64,000 bases of DNA from Candidatus Cloacimonadales bacterium (GTDB lineage Bacteria > Cloacimonadota > Cloacimonadia > Cloacimonadales > JAFGVF01). Below are positions 38,239 through 49,080 of this stretch, one piece after another. The notes beneath the pieces are model-generated. The model saw only the letters and a list, made by a program, of their open reading frames with translations, was not told the DNA's origin and ran no database searches. The position numbers were made by a program, and so were the translations under genes. The stretch spans positions 1,024,001-1,088,000 of the forward strand of contig OY762964.1 in assembly GCA_963667035.1 (NCBI GenBank), given 5' to 3'. Each line of letters starts with the position of its first letter. Position 1 is the first letter of the stretch.

Positions 38239-40988
38239 AAAGAATAATCAAGTTACTAAAAGAAAATGGTCTTTTTCAATCTAAGAGTAATTTGACCGGA
38301 GATGAGATAATTACTGGGACAGTACATACTGATTCCAGGAAGGTTTGTCCGGGTGATATTTTTGTAGCAATAAAAGGTTTTGTAACTGACGGTCATTATT
38401 ATATAAAGAATGCTAAAGAAGCAGGTGCTTCACTTGTTATTACCGAAGCGATGGTAACAACTAATTTGTCACAAATTAAAGTATTGGATAGCAGAAAGGC
38501 TACTGCTTTGATTATAAATGAACTCACAGGTAATCCTACATCAAAACTTAAACTAATTGGTATCACGGGGACTAACGGTAAGACAACTACGTCATTTATT
38601 ATTAGTAACATACTGAAGCAAATTGGATTAAAGTACGGAGTTATAGGAACACTTGGTTACTATATTGATGATGAATTTTTCCCAACAAAATTGACTACAC
38701 CCGATATTCTTGATTTGAATAAGATATTTGTTAAGATGTTGGAAGAAGGTGTTGAAGTTGTTGTGATGGAAGTTTCTGCTCATGCGATATCGCTTAGAAG
38801 AATCAACGGTTTGAAATTTGATTTAGCTTGTTTTACAAATCTATCAAGGGACCATTTGGACTTTTATGATAATATGGATGAGTATTTTAAGACCAAGAGA
38901 GGTTTTGTAAAAAATGTAGCAAAATATGGAAAAGCATTGATTAATAATGAAGATATGTGGGGTAACAAGCTAGCCGATGATATATCTAAAAATAAGTATA
39001 CAATTGGTACAGAAAATTGTGATTATAAGATAGAAAATATAAAAATAACAATGAACGGAAGTGAATTCACTTGTTCTTTAGGTAAGGAAAGATGTGTTTT
39101 AAAGACAAATCTCACCGGTAAATACAACATCAGAAATTGTGCGATGGGTATTATTGCTGTGTATTTATTATATCCTGAAGTTAGATGCTCTGATATCAAT
39201 CTAGCGGAAATGGATTTTGTTCCAGGACGTTTGGAACGTATAGTTAACAATAGTGGAGTAACAGTTTACAATGACTATGCTCATACTCCCGATGCAATTG
39301 AAAAAGTGCTTGATAGCATAAAAGAATTTACTTCCGGAAGAATTATTACAATCTGCGGTGCCGGAGGAGATAGAGATAAAGGTAAAAGACCCGAAATGTT
39401 TAGGAAGGCATTAAATGGTTCTGACTTGGTTATTATTACTAACGATAACCCAAGATTTGAAAACCCTAATGATATTATTAATGACATTGTAGTAGATGCA
39501 GGAACAAACGATAATTATTTGATTATAAGAGATAGGAAAATAGCCATAGAAACAGCTATAAAACTAGCTCATAGTAATGACATTGTTTTAATAGCGGGAA
39601 AGGGGCATGAAGAATATCAAGAGATTGAGGGAGTTCGTCACTCATTTAGCGATAAGGAAGTCGCTTTAAATTATCGAGAAAGACCTTCAACAACAGGAAA
39701 ATTAAGTGTATATCTTGACCTTGTATGGATAAAGAAGATACTTGGAAAGAAATTCACGGATGATAAAGAGTATCTATTCAAATACATATCGACCGATTCA
39801 AGAACTGTTAAGCCGTATTCACTATTCATAGCTCTTAAGGGGGAAAGATTTGACGGACATACTTATCTTGAAGAGGTATTAGCAGAGCCAACCAACTGGG
39901 CGATAGTCTCGAGACGCATTAATCACCCAAGATGTATCTGTGTTGAAGATACCTTGTATGCCTATGGGGAGCTTGCGAAGCATTACTTAAGACTCTTTAA
40001 CCTAAAGACAATAGGTATAACCGGTAGTGCTGGAAAAACTACGACTAAAGAGTATATATATAGTATTTTTAATCAGAGATTTAAAACGCATAAAACTCAT
40101 TCAAATGAGAACAATCTGGTAGGTTTGCCTAAAACTATCTTTAATTTGAGTAACAAGGATGAGTTTGCAATTTTTGAATTAGGAAGTAATCATCCCGGAG
40201 AAATCGAAAGATTAGCAGAGATATGTAATCCTGAAGTTGGTATTATAACATATATAGGTCCATCTCATCTTGAATTCTTCAAAGACATAAACGGGGTATT
40301 TAAGGAAAAATCGTCTTTGTTTAAGCATACTCATGGTTATAAGCTGTTTAACAACGACCTGCAGCTTTTCTCATCAACTGATTATGGAAAATCTATTGGG
40401 TTTAACAGAGCGAATGATTTAGTTATCACATTTATCGAAAGTAATGATGATACAATTACATTTAAACTAAATGATAGTGAATACAGACTGAACACACCCG
40501 TACCTTATCTTTCTCTAAATGCAGCATTTGCTATTGAAACGGCATCATACTTCGGATTGGATAGTGTAACTATTCAAAAGGGGTTAAATGCTACTGCTAT
40601 AATTAAAAATCGAATGGAGATAATAGCACGAGAAGATAGGATAATCATAAGTGATTGTTATAATGCAAATCCTATTTCGATGAATGCGGCAATAGAATTC
40701 TGGCAGAACTTAAAACCTGATTTTAATCACATAGCTTTCATTGGTGACATGCTTGAATTAGGAGAGAATGCTGATAAGTATCATAAGGATTTAGCTAAAG
40801 TTTTAAAAGGTAATGCAAACATTGTAACAGTAGGATTTTATACGAGACTGCTTAATAGCATTTCTCACTATGATAGTATTGAGAAAATGCTTAAAGAATA
40901 TGATTTCTCTTCAATCCCTGAAAGAAGTGTGATACTTCTAAAAGCATCTAACAGTATTAAGCTAAACAAATTACTGGAGTACTTATAA
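38217..40988 (+). CDS. murE-murF: Bifunctional MurE-MurF ligase fusion
   Basis: MurE half: GITGTNGKTT, MEVSAH, DYAHTPDA, DNPR (DAP-type), AGKGHE. MurF half: TDSR, GITGSAGKTTTK, DCYNANP, GDMLELG, LLKAS. Both are in one ORF. Confidence 0.92.
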   Translation: MQSKITVKRIIKLLKENGLFQSKSNLTGDEIITGTVHTDSRKVCPGDIFVAIKGFVTDGHYYIKNAKEAGASLVITEAMVTTNLSQIKVLDSRKATALIINELTGNPTSKLKLIGITGTNGKTTTSFIISNILKQIGLKYGVIGTLGYYIDDEFFPTKLTTPDILDLNKIFVKMLEEGVEVVVMEVSAHAISLRRINGLKFDLACFTNLSRDHLDFYDNMDEYFKTKRGFVKNVAKYGKALINNEDMWGNKLADDISKNKYTIGTENCDYKIENIKITMNGSEFTCSLGKERCVLKTNLTGKYNIRNCAMGIIAVYLLYPEVRCSDINLAEMDFVPGRLERIVNNSGVTVYNDYAHTPDAIEKVLDSIKEFTSGRIITICGAGGDRDKGKRPEMFRKALNGSDLVIITNDNPRFENPNDIINDIVVDAGTNDNYLIIRDRKIAIETAIKLAHSNDIVLIAGKGHEEYQEIEGVRHSFSDKEVALNYRERPSTTGKLSVYLDLVWIKKILGKKFTDDKEYLFKYISTDSRTVKPYSLFIALKGERFDGHTYLEEVLAEPTNWAIVSRRINHPRCICVEDTLYAYGELAKHYLRLFNLKTIGITGSAGKTTTKEYIYSIFNQRFKTHKTHSNENNLVGLPKTIFNLSNKDEFAIFELGSNHPGEIERLAEICNPEVGIITYIGPSHLEFFKDINGVFKEKSSLFKHTHGYKLFNNDLQLFSSTDYGKSIGFNRANDLVITFIESNDDTITFKLNDSEYRLNTPVPYLSLNAAFAIETASYFGLDSVTIQKGLNATAIIKNRMEIIAREDRIIISDCYNANPISMNAAIEFWQNLKPDFNHIAFIGDMLELGENADKYHKDLAKVLKGNANIVTVGFYTRLLNSISHYDSIEKMLKEYDFSSIPERSVILLKASNSIKLNKLLEYL

Positions 40989-42091
40989 TGTTTTATTTAT
41001 TATTTTCACCTCTCCAGAACTACCATATCTTCTTTAATGTATTCAGATATGTGACATTCCGTTCAATTATGGCTTTTATTACAGCTATAATATTCTCTTT
41101 GTTTATTGGGAAAAGGCTAATTAATCTCCTCCAAAGAAAAAGGGCGATTGAAGAGATTGACGAAGATATGCCAGATACTCATAAATCAAAAAAGGGTACT
41201 CCAACTATGGGCGGAATAATCATCTTGGTAGGATTATTGATATCATCTGTTCTATGGAATGATATTAGTAATACATTTATACTTTTGATGTATTTAACAA
41301 CTATCTGGTTGGGTTTATTTGGTTTTCTCGATGATTACTTAAAGAATTTTGTTAAGGCCAAGAAAGGCTTGATACCTAAGTATAAGCTTTTAGGACAGGT
41401 ATCTATTGCTCTTCTCATATCAATAGCTATATTTGTTTTATATAAAAATGATCCTAATGTAACGATGATACAAATTCCGTTCTTGAAGAATACTTCTATT
41501 AGATTAGGATTACTGTTTATTCCTTTTGTTGTTTTCATGATTACAGGAACATCTAATGCCGTAAATCTAACAGATGGTTTAGATGGATTAGCAGCAGGAG
41601 TTATCTCCTTCTCTGTTATTGGACTTGGAATAATGGCTTATATCAAAGGTAACTTTGTGCTTTCAGGATATTTGAATATGGAGTTCATTGCCGAGGCTGG
41701 CGAGTTAACCGTTTTTACATCAGCGTTACTAGGAACACTGATTGGTTTCTTATGGTATAATACTAATCCCGCTGAGATCTTTATGGGAGATACGGGATCC
41801 TTAGCTTTGGGTGGAATGTTAGCACAAATGTCAATATTACTTAGGGAGCAGATATTTTTTGCTATTATTGGTATGATATTTATAGCTGAGACATTGTCAG
41901 TTATTATGCAAAGACACTATTTTAGATATACAAAGAAAAAATTTGGGGAAGGAAAGAGGATTTTCTTATGTGCTCCAATACATCATCACTTTGAAAAGAA
42001 GGGTATAAAAGAGACAAAGATAGTTGTAAGATTTTGGATTATCTCGGTGCTGCTTCTTGCATTAGGTTTAGCAACAATTAAGCTTCGATAG
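40988..42091 (+). CDS. mraY: Phospho-N-acetylmuramoyl-pentapeptide transferase
   Basis: KKGTPTMGG, DDYLK, NAVNLTDGLDGL, FMGDTGSL, APIHHHFE. Confidence 0.97.
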   Translation: MFYLLFSPLQNYHIFFNVFRYVTFRSIMAFITAIIFSLFIGKRLINLLQRKRAIEEIDEDMPDTHKSKKGTPTMGGIIILVGLLISSVLWNDISNTFILLMYLTTIWLGLFGFLDDYLKNFVKAKKGLIPKYKLLGQVSIALLISIAIFVLYKNDPNVTMIQIPFLKNTSIRLGLLFIPFVVFMITGTSNAVNLTDGLDGLAAGVISFSVIGLGIMAYIKGNFVLSGYLNMEFIAEAGELTVFTSALLGTLIGFLWYNTNPAEIFMGDTGSLALGGMLAQMSILLREQIFFAIIGMIFIAETLSVIMQRHYFRYTKKKFGEGKRIFLCAPIHHHFEKKGIKETKIVVRFWIISVLLLALGLATIKLR

Positions 42092-42103
42092 GAGTTATAA
42101 AGA

Positions 42104-43417
42104 ATGTTAGATACAAGTTTGAAATATGGGGTCTTAGGATTTGCAAGAAGCGGTCTAGCTGTAGCCGATAAGCTCAAATCCAAGGGTATTGACTATATTA
42201 TTTCTGAAAGTAAATCCAGTGATAAGTTTGATTCCGAGTTAATCGGAAACTATCATTGTGAATTCGGTGGTCACAGCGAAAGATTGCTTAATAGTGACAT
42301 CATTATTGTTAGTCCCGGTGTACCTTATAGAGCTCCTATTATTAAAAAAGCCATGGAAAAAGGGATTGAAGTTATTTCCGAGATTGAGTTTGCATACAGA
42401 ATTAAGCATCCGAATTCAAAAATCATTGCAATAACCGGTTCTAATGGTAAAAGTACTACAGTAAGTCTTATTCATCATATTCTTAAAGAAGCAGGATATA
42501 ATTCTATTCTAGCAGGTAACATTGGAACAGCTTTTTCCGGATGTGACATTGAAAATCCAAATGTAGATTTCATAGTTCTTGAAGTCAGTAGTTTTCAACT
42601 TGAACTTATCAAAGATTTTAGACCTGATGTAGCTGCTGTACTTAATGTTACTCCTGACCATTTGAATCGCTATGATGATTTTGAACACTATGGATTAACA
42701 AAGTTAAAGATTTTCGATAATATGAATAATAATGTGATTGCAGTAGTTAACTCAGACGATGAGTTTCTAAACAGTAAGAATGAATTTATAAATGGTAATA
42801 TTCTTAAGTTCTCACTCAAAAAGGCAACTGATTGCTATTTAGATGAAAATAGCATTAAAACGTCCAATCACTCGTATAGTATAGATACACTTCCCATATA
42901 CGGACCACACAATATTGCAAACATGATGGCAGCTATATTATGCTTAAGTCCTTACATGGGCTCAGATAAGGTTATTGAATATTCAAAGGGATTTAAAGCT
43001 TTAAATCATAGACTTGAGCCTGTCAGAGAAATCGGAGGTGTCAAATTCTTCAACGATTCAAAGGCAACAAATACAGATTCTGTTAAATATGCTCTACAGT
43101 CCTTTAAGAATCCTGTCAGGATTATTCTCGGCGGATCAGATAAAGGTGAAGATTTTTCTGTTCTGATACCCTATTTAACTGAACATGCGGTTCAAGTCAT
43201 TCTTATAGGTGAAACAACGAAAAAGATGACTTCTGCATTTAAGGATTTGTCTTTTATAGAAAGAGCAGATACGCTTGAAGATGCTGTTACTTTAGCTTAC
43301 AGCAATGCTAAAAAAGACGATATTATTCTTCTTTCGCCAGCTTGTGCCAGCTATGATATGTTTAACAACTTTGAGCATAGAGGTGAAGTGTTTAAACAGA
43401 TTGTCAGAGGTTTATAA
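42104..43417 (+). CDS. murD: UDP-N-acetylmuramoylalanine--D-glutamate ligase
   Basis: SPGV, ITGSNGKST, LEVSSFQL, NDSKATN, LSPACASYDMF. Confidence 0.96.
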   Translation: MLDTSLKYGVLGFARSGLAVADKLKSKGIDYIISESKSSDKFDSELIGNYHCEFGGHSERLLNSDIIIVSPGVPYRAPIIKKAMEKGIEVISEIEFAYRIKHPNSKIIAITGSNGKSTTVSLIHHILKEAGYNSILAGNIGTAFSGCDIENPNVDFIVLEVSSFQLELIKDFRPDVAAVLNVTPDHLNRYDDFEHYGLTKLKIFDNMNNNVIAVVNSDDEFLNSKNEFINGNILKFSLKKATDCYLDENSIKTSNHSYSIDTLPIYGPHNIANMMAAILCLSPYMGSDKVIEYSKGFKALNHRLEPVREIGGVKFFNDSKATNTDSVKYALQSFKNPVRIILGGSDKGEDFSVLIPYLTEHAVQVILIGETTKKMTSAFKDLSFIERADTLEDAVTLAYSNAKKDDIILLSPACASYDMFNNFEHRGEVFKQIVRGL

Positions 43418-44589
43418 TGAAAACAGTATCACTGCACTATTTCAATAATCAAAAAATATTCTTAATCTGTATTGCTATCTTGGTATTATTCGGTTTTTGG
43501 ATTCAGATTGATTATTACTCCACAAAAGATACCTTTGTTAATTTCTTTATGAAGTATTTCATTTTTTGGGGTGTTGGTCTGTCAGTGATTTTGGTTGTTA
43601 TTAGTAAGATAAACTTGCTCAAGAATATCAGGAATAGTGTGATAGTTTTCAATGCGATAACTATTTCATTGCTTGTTCTGGTCTTATTTTTCGGTATCGA
43701 AGCACATGGAGCAAAAAGATTTTTAAGTATTGGACGATTTACCTTTCAACCAAGTACATTAGCCCGAATGGCAATAATATTCTGTTTTGCTTATGCTCTT
43801 TCAAGGATTAAAGAGAATATTCGCGAGAAGAATCTCTTGCAATTCATCATTCTACTTTTTCCTGCATTATTAATCCTGATTCCTGAATATGGTTTAATTG
43901 CTGTAGGAAAGCACATGAGTACTTTGGTTATAAGTATGACTACACTTGTTGCAATGCTTTGGATTAGTGGTGTTAGGAAGAGGTTCATTGGTGGGATTCT
44001 AGGAATTGGTTTTCTAGCATTTATACTAATGATTGCTTTTGGCAATAAATTCGGAAGTGAATTCAGAATGACCCGTGTAAACATTTTTAGGAAATACTCA
44101 TGGTTCATGCCGGGAGGAAAAGATATTGTTATACCTGGTGGGAGAGATCATCAAGCGAAAGAAAGTTTAATTGCATTAACAGCAGGTGGACTGATTGGGG
44201 TTGGTTCAAACAAAGGATTAGCTAAACATAATTATATTTCAGATGTTAATACTGATTATGCTTTTACTATGATTGCTGAACAGGGAGGCTTCTTAGCAGG
44301 ATTTGTTGTAATAGGAATATATGTAGTATTTCTACTGGTAGTAGCTAGAGAAATGATGAAGGTTAAAAGCACTTACTTAAAACTACTAGGAATGGGACTA
44401 GCTTTTAACATTTTTATGAATGCTATTATACATACAGGTGTTATACAGTCAATTGTAATACCTACAGGACAGACCTTACCTTTTGTTAGTTGGGGAGGTA
44501 CATCCTTTGTTGTTGATTTGGCTTCTGCAGCATTAATATATAATATAATGATACATAAAGGGAAGCTTTATGAAAAAAGCAGTGATTAG
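43417..44589 (+). CDS. ftsW: SEDS peptidoglycan polymerase FtsW (divergent)
   Basis: Multi-TM; GAKRFL, FQPS, GGLIGVG, TDYAF...EQGG, PTGQTLPFVSWGGTS. Confidence 0.88.
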   Translation: MKTVSLHYFNNQKIFLICIAILVLFGFWIQIDYYSTKDTFVNFFMKYFIFWGVGLSVILVVISKINLLKNIRNSVIVFNAITISLLVLVLFFGIEAHGAKRFLSIGRFTFQPSTLARMAIIFCFAYALSRIKENIREKNLLQFIILLFPALLILIPEYGLIAVGKHMSTLVISMTTLVAMLWISGVRKRFIGGILGIGFLAFILMIAFGNKFGSEFRMTRVNIFRKYSWFMPGGKDIVIPGGRDHQAKESLIALTAGGLIGVGSNKGLAKHNYISDVNTDYAFTMIAEQGGFLAGFVVIGIYVVFLLVVAREMMKVKSTYLKLLGMGLAFNIFMNAIIHTGVIQSIVIPTGQTLPFVSWGGTSFVVDLASAALIYNIMIHKGKLYEKSSD

Positions 44590-45637
44590 TGCAGGGGGAA
44601 CAGGTGGGCATATTCTACCAGCAATCTCAATCGCAAAAGAGTTGATTGAGAATGGGTGGGAAGTGCATTACATCGGAAACAACGATAGTATGGAAGAGAG
44701 ACTAGTAAATCAAGTTGGCATTCCTTTCTTATCTATTAATGTACAAAAGCTTTACAGACGTATTACCATTAAGCATCTTAAGTTTCCTTTTCTTCTTTTC
44801 AACAGCTACGTAAAATGTGTTAAATATTTTAAATCAATAAAACCCGATATTTATATCGGTTGTGGTGGTTTTGTTAGCGGTCCTGCAGGATTAGCTGCAG
44901 TTAGGCTAAAAGTTCCTGTATACTTACAAGAACAGAATAGTTATCCCGGTATTACTACAAGATACTTATCAAAGCATGCTATTAAAATCTTTACAGCCTA
45001 TGATGCTGCTAAAGCATATTTGAAAACAGATTCAGTACTGAATATCGGTAATCCTACGGGAGTGGACATAAAGAACACCGAATTACTAAATTTTGAAGAA
45101 AACAATCTTAGTAGAGATAGTATCAAACTATTGGTTCTAGGAGGAAGTCAAGGTTCGGTTGTGATTAATAATCTCATCGAGAGTTGTATAGATGAGTTAT
45201 TAAACAGAGGTATAGAAATTATTTGGCAGACCGGTAAAAACAACTTTGCCACCTTAGACAAGAAGTATAAAGGCAGAAGAGGTCTATTATTGTTTGATTT
45301 CACTGATAAGATGAACGAGATGTATAATAGCTCGGATATCATTGTTGCCAGAGCGGGAGCCTTAACCCTCAGTGAAATTCAGATTAAGAAGATTCCCTCA
45401 ATTTTAATTCCTCTACCTACTGCCGCAGAGAATCATCAGTACTTTAATGCAAAAGAACTTGCAGATAAAGGAATGGTTAGAATGATTGAACAGAAGGATT
45501 TAGCAAAAGATGCTTTTCTTAACCTAGTTGATGAAATTTTAATGAATAAAGAAAGCTTTATCAGTTCTTTTCCTGATTTCAAAGTATCAGTACAAAAGCA
45601 AATTGTTAATCAAATAATATCAGATATGGAGTTATAA
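44570..45637 (+). CDS. murG: MurG glycosyltransferase
   Basis: GGTGGHI, EQNSYPG, GGSQGS, RAGALT, HQYFNA. Confidence 0.96.
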   Translation: MKKAVISAGGTGGHILPAISIAKELIENGWEVHYIGNNDSMEERLVNQVGIPFLSINVQKLYRRITIKHLKFPFLLFNSYVKCVKYFKSIKPDIYIGCGGFVSGPAGLAAVRLKVPVYLQEQNSYPGITTRYLSKHAIKIFTAYDAAKAYLKTDSVLNIGNPTGVDIKNTELLNFEENNLSRDSIKLLVLGGSQGSVVINNLIESCIDELLNRGIEIIWQTGKNNFATLDKKYKGRRGLLLFDFTDKMNEMYNSSDIIVARAGALTLSEIQIKKIPSILIPLPTAAENHQYFNAKELADKGMVRMIEQKDLAKDAFLNLVDEILMNKESFISSFPDFKVSVQKQIVNQIISDMEL

Positions 45638-47008
45638 ATGTTAGGTCGCACAAAACGTATTCATTTTGTAGGTATTGGTGGTATAGGTATGAGTGGGATA
45701 GCCGAATTCCTTTTTAATCAAGGACTGGAGATTACAGGATCGGATATGAAGAAGAGTGAATTGACCGAACATTTAGAGTTTATAGGTATCAAGGTTGCCG
45801 AAGGGCATGATTCCGATTTACTTTTTGATGCGGATGTCGTTGTTAAATCTTCAGCGGTGACAGACGATAACCCTGAAATCCAGAAGGCCATTCAATCACA
45901 TATACCTGTAATAAGAAGAGCAGAAATGCTTGCCGAGATTACCAGAATGAGTATTGGTATAGGCTTGGCCGGAACACACGGGAAGACTTCAACAACTTCA
46001 ATGGTAGGAATGATTTTGAATGAAGCAAAGCTTGACCCTACTATCATTGTGGGCGGAAGAGTTAAAAACTTTGGCTCTAATAATATTATTGGTACAGGTA
46101 AGTACATAGTCGTTGAAGCTGATGAGTATGACCATTCTTTCTTAACCCTTTCACCAATTTTTGCAGGAATTACAAATATTGATGCTGACCACTTGGATTG
46201 TTATAGAAATCTTGATGATATAAAGAATGCATTTGTTGAGTATGCAAACAAAGTACCTTTCTTTGGATGTGTAGTTGCTTGTCTTGACGATAAGGGAGTA
46301 CAATCAATTATACCTAGAATTAATAAAAGAGTTCTTACTTACGGTTTTTCCAGACAGGCAGATTTACAAGCCGTAAATGCTGAGTTTAAAGATTTCAAAG
46401 CTTCTTTTGATGTTGTTTTCAAGGGGTATAAGCTTGGTAAAATAGTAATGCAAGTAACAGGTAAACATAATGTCCTTAATGCTCTTAATGCAATAGGGAT
46501 AGCGTTAGAACTTGATGTGCCGTTTGAGGATATACAGAGTGGACTGAGCAATTATAAGGGAGTATTCAGAAGATTCGAATATAAAGGAACGGGAAAAGAT
46601 GTCATAGTTTATGATGATTATGCTCATCATCCAACCGAGATTATTGCAACATTAGAGGCTTTTAGAGAAAGTACGGATAAGAGAATTATTTTGCTTTTTC
46701 AACCTCATCTTTTTTCTCGAACCAGAGACTTCCATGAGGAATTCGGTCGCTCTTTCTTTTCATGTGATATACTCTTTATTGCTCCAATCTATCCGGCAAG
46801 AGAGAAACCGATTTCAGAAATAAGCGGCAAGCTTATCGCTGATTCTGCTATAAAATCGGGTCACCAACATGTCCACTACATAGATGACAGTTCTGTTATA
46901 GAAGAAACTGTTATGAAACATCTAGAGCCAGGAGACATCTTGCTAACTATGGGAGCAGGACCGATATGGAAGATAGGAGAAAAAATCTTAGGAGAACTCA
47001 CTAAGTGA
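45638..47008 (+). CDS. murC: UDP-N-acetylmuramate--L-alanine ligase
   Basis: HFVGIGGIGMSG, AGTHGKTSTT, EADEYD, DDYAHHPTE, FQPHLFSRT. Confidence 0.97.
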   Translation: MLGRTKRIHFVGIGGIGMSGIAEFLFNQGLEITGSDMKKSELTEHLEFIGIKVAEGHDSDLLFDADVVVKSSAVTDDNPEIQKAIQSHIPVIRRAEMLAEITRMSIGIGLAGTHGKTSTTSMVGMILNEAKLDPTIIVGGRVKNFGSNNIIGTGKYIVVEADEYDHSFLTLSPIFAGITNIDADHLDCYRNLDDIKNAFVEYANKVPFFGCVVACLDDKGVQSIIPRINKRVLTYGFSRQADLQAVNAEFKDFKASFDVVFKGYKLGKIVMQVTGKHNVLNALNAIGIALELDVPFEDIQSGLSNYKGVFRRFEYKGTGKDVIVYDDYAHHPTEIIATLEAFRESTDKRIILLFQPHLFSRTRDFHEEFGRSFFSCDILFIAPIYPAREKPISEISGKLIADSAIKSGHQHVHYIDDSSVIEETVMKHLEPGDILLTMGAGPIWKIGEKILGELTK

Positions 47009-47748
47009 TTGAAAAAAAGATTAGAGGGAATAGCCGATATGTAACCTACATGGTTACAGGTTTAATTCTTCTCATGATAATCTTTTTTGTGGGACGTTCA
47101 TATCTTAGAAACTGGAATAAGTGTGAACTTAAAGCAGTAATCATTGAAAATAATGATGTTATTCCGGAGGATAAGATTCAGAGTCTTGTGAGTCCATATC
47201 TGGGGCAGAACATATTTATGATTGACTTAAATGAGATAAAAACGAGTATTCTGGAAGTATATAGAATAGAAGATGTTTCTATAAGAAGAAGACTCTTTGA
47301 TAAGCTTGTTGTGAAAGTTTTCGAAAGACAAGGCTTCATAAATGTCATTACAAGAGACAAAAAAATCTTTACACTGGATAAAGACGCTGTTGTATTGAAC
47401 GAATTTAATTATAACAAAACTGATGATTTCCCAATAATTGATTCGGGACTTTATTCTAGAGATTTCAATGCGGGGGCATCAGTGCAAGATGAATCCGTTT
47501 TAAAAATACTTAATTACCATAAAAAAATACTTGAAGCCAAACCCGAAATTAAAAACTATATCTCTGAGTATTTCCTGGAAGACAATGATATATGTTTTCG
47601 TGAAATAAAGTCGGGAAAGAAAGTGATTATAGATTTGAGGTATCTTGATGATAATATTTCAATGTTTTTTTCAATGCTTGAGAGTTTACGTTACGATGAA
47701 TACGGAACATATATCTTCAAATACAAAGATAAAACCATTAGGAAGTAA
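47005..47748 (+). CDS. ftsQ: Cell division protein FtsQ/DivIB-like
   Basis: TM plus POTRA-like segment (GQNIFMIDL...IEDVSIRRRLFDKLVVKVFER); dcw position. Confidence 0.8.
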   Translation: MIEKKIRGNSRYVTYMVTGLILLMIIFFVGRSYLRNWNKCELKAVIIENNDVIPEDKIQSLVSPYLGQNIFMIDLNEIKTSILEVYRIEDVSIRRRLFDKLVVKVFERQGFINVITRDKKIFTLDKDAVVLNEFNYNKTDDFPIIDSGLYSRDFNAGASVQDESVLKILNYHKKILEAKPEIKNYISEYFLEDNDICFREIKSGKKVIIDLRYLDDNISMFFSMLESLRYDEYGTYIFKYKDKTIRK

Positions 47749-47774
47749 TTACTGCGTTTGCAGAGGAGTTAGAT

Positions 47775-49022
47775 ATGCTAGAATTTGACCAGAAACCTGT
47801 TTTGAAACATGCTAAACTAGTGATATTCGGAGTCGGTGGTGCCGGCTGTAATGCGATAAATAATATGATTGATTATGGTCTCGAAGATGTTGAGTATATT
47901 GCGACAAATACTGACATTGCACATCTAAATATTTCGAAGGCAAAGATTAGAATTCAACTTGGAAAGAAGCTTACTCAGGGAAGAGGTGCAGGTTCTGATC
48001 CTCAAAGAGGTAAGGAAGCTGCAGAAGAAAACTATGAAGATATAAAACACTTAATGGAAGGTGCCGACTTGGTTCTTATCGCTGCAGGAATGGGTGGGGG
48101 AACAGGTACAGGTGCTGCACCTATTATTGCTAAAATAGCTAAAGAGAAAGATATTATCTCCATAGCCGTAGTAACAACGCCTTTTGATGATGAAGGTAAG
48201 ATAAGAAGAGAAAATGCTAAGAATGGTCTTTTGGAACTTAGAAGGTATGTCGACTCATATTTAATAGTTCCCAATCAAAAGATATATGAAGCATATCCTG
48301 ATGTCCCTGCCTTTGACGCTTATAAAGAAGCGGATTTAGTTCTTTTTAATTCTGCTAAAGCTATTGCAGATGTTATTAACAAATCCTATGTAATGAATGC
48401 AGAGCTTTCTGATTTAATAACTATTCTCAAAGAGAATGGTAGAGCTCTGATAGGAATTGGAACTGGAGAGGGTGAGAATAGAGCTGCAGATGCTCTTAGA
48501 AACGCTATCGAAAATCCATTGCTAAACGATGTTACTTTAGAAGATTGTGCTGGCGTTGTTTACCAAATTCTTGCCGGTCAGGATATCCCTACCAGCGACC
48601 TGAGATACATCTCTGAAGAGATTCACAAGTTGGCAGGGGATGATGCACATATCATTCGTGGTGCTCACTTCGATGAAGCAAGTAACGGAAAAATATCACT
48701 TACTGTCATAGCTTCAGGATTAATAGATCCGGACGAATTCTTAAGAGAAAGTGATAAACAGCAAGCAGCTCAAAATGCATTTAGCAACCAAGAATATAAT
48801 CCTAATCAAGGACTTAACCAGAACCTGAATCCTGATTTTATTAACAACCAAGCAAATATGGATTCATATAATACGGGTACTGAACTTGATACAGATGCAC
48901 AAGCAAGGATTGATCAGTTTATGAAAGGAATTAGTTTGTCGGACGAAGACCAAGAAGATGATAACAAGAAAGATTCTCCTCTTAAATCGGAACCGGTTGA
49001 CTTTTCCAGAAGATATCGTTAA
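47775..49022 (+). CDS. ftsZ: Cell division GTPase FtsZ (divergent)
   Basis: GVGGAGCNA, NTD, GRGAG, AGMGGGTGTGAAP, PF.DEG..R. Confidence 0.95.
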   Translation: MLEFDQKPVLKHAKLVIFGVGGAGCNAINNMIDYGLEDVEYIATNTDIAHLNISKAKIRIQLGKKLTQGRGAGSDPQRGKEAAEENYEDIKHLMEGADLVLIAAGMGGGTGTGAAPIIAKIAKEKDIISIAVVTTPFDDEGKIRRENAKNGLLELRRYVDSYLIVPNQKIYEAYPDVPAFDAYKEADLVLFNSAKAIADVINKSYVMNAELSDLITILKENGRALIGIGTGEGENRAADALRNAIENPLLNDVTLEDCAGVVYQILAGQDIPTSDLRYISEEIHKLAGDDAHIIRGAHFDEASNGKISLTVIASGLIDPDEFLRESDKQQAAQNAFSNQEYNPNQGLNQNLNPDFINNQANMDSYNTGTELDTDAQARIDQFMKGISLSDEDQEDDNKKDSPLKSEPVDFSRRYR

Positions 49023-49050
49023 TCAAAGTAATAATAACACATAAATAGGA

Positions 49051-49074
49051 AAGCCTGTCAGAAATGACAGGCTT
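49051..49074. terminator. Terminator hairpin between ftsZ and the convergent tRNA-Leu
   Basis: AAGCCTGTCA-gaaa-TGACAGGCTT. Confidence 0.8.
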
Positions 49075-49080
49075 AAATTT

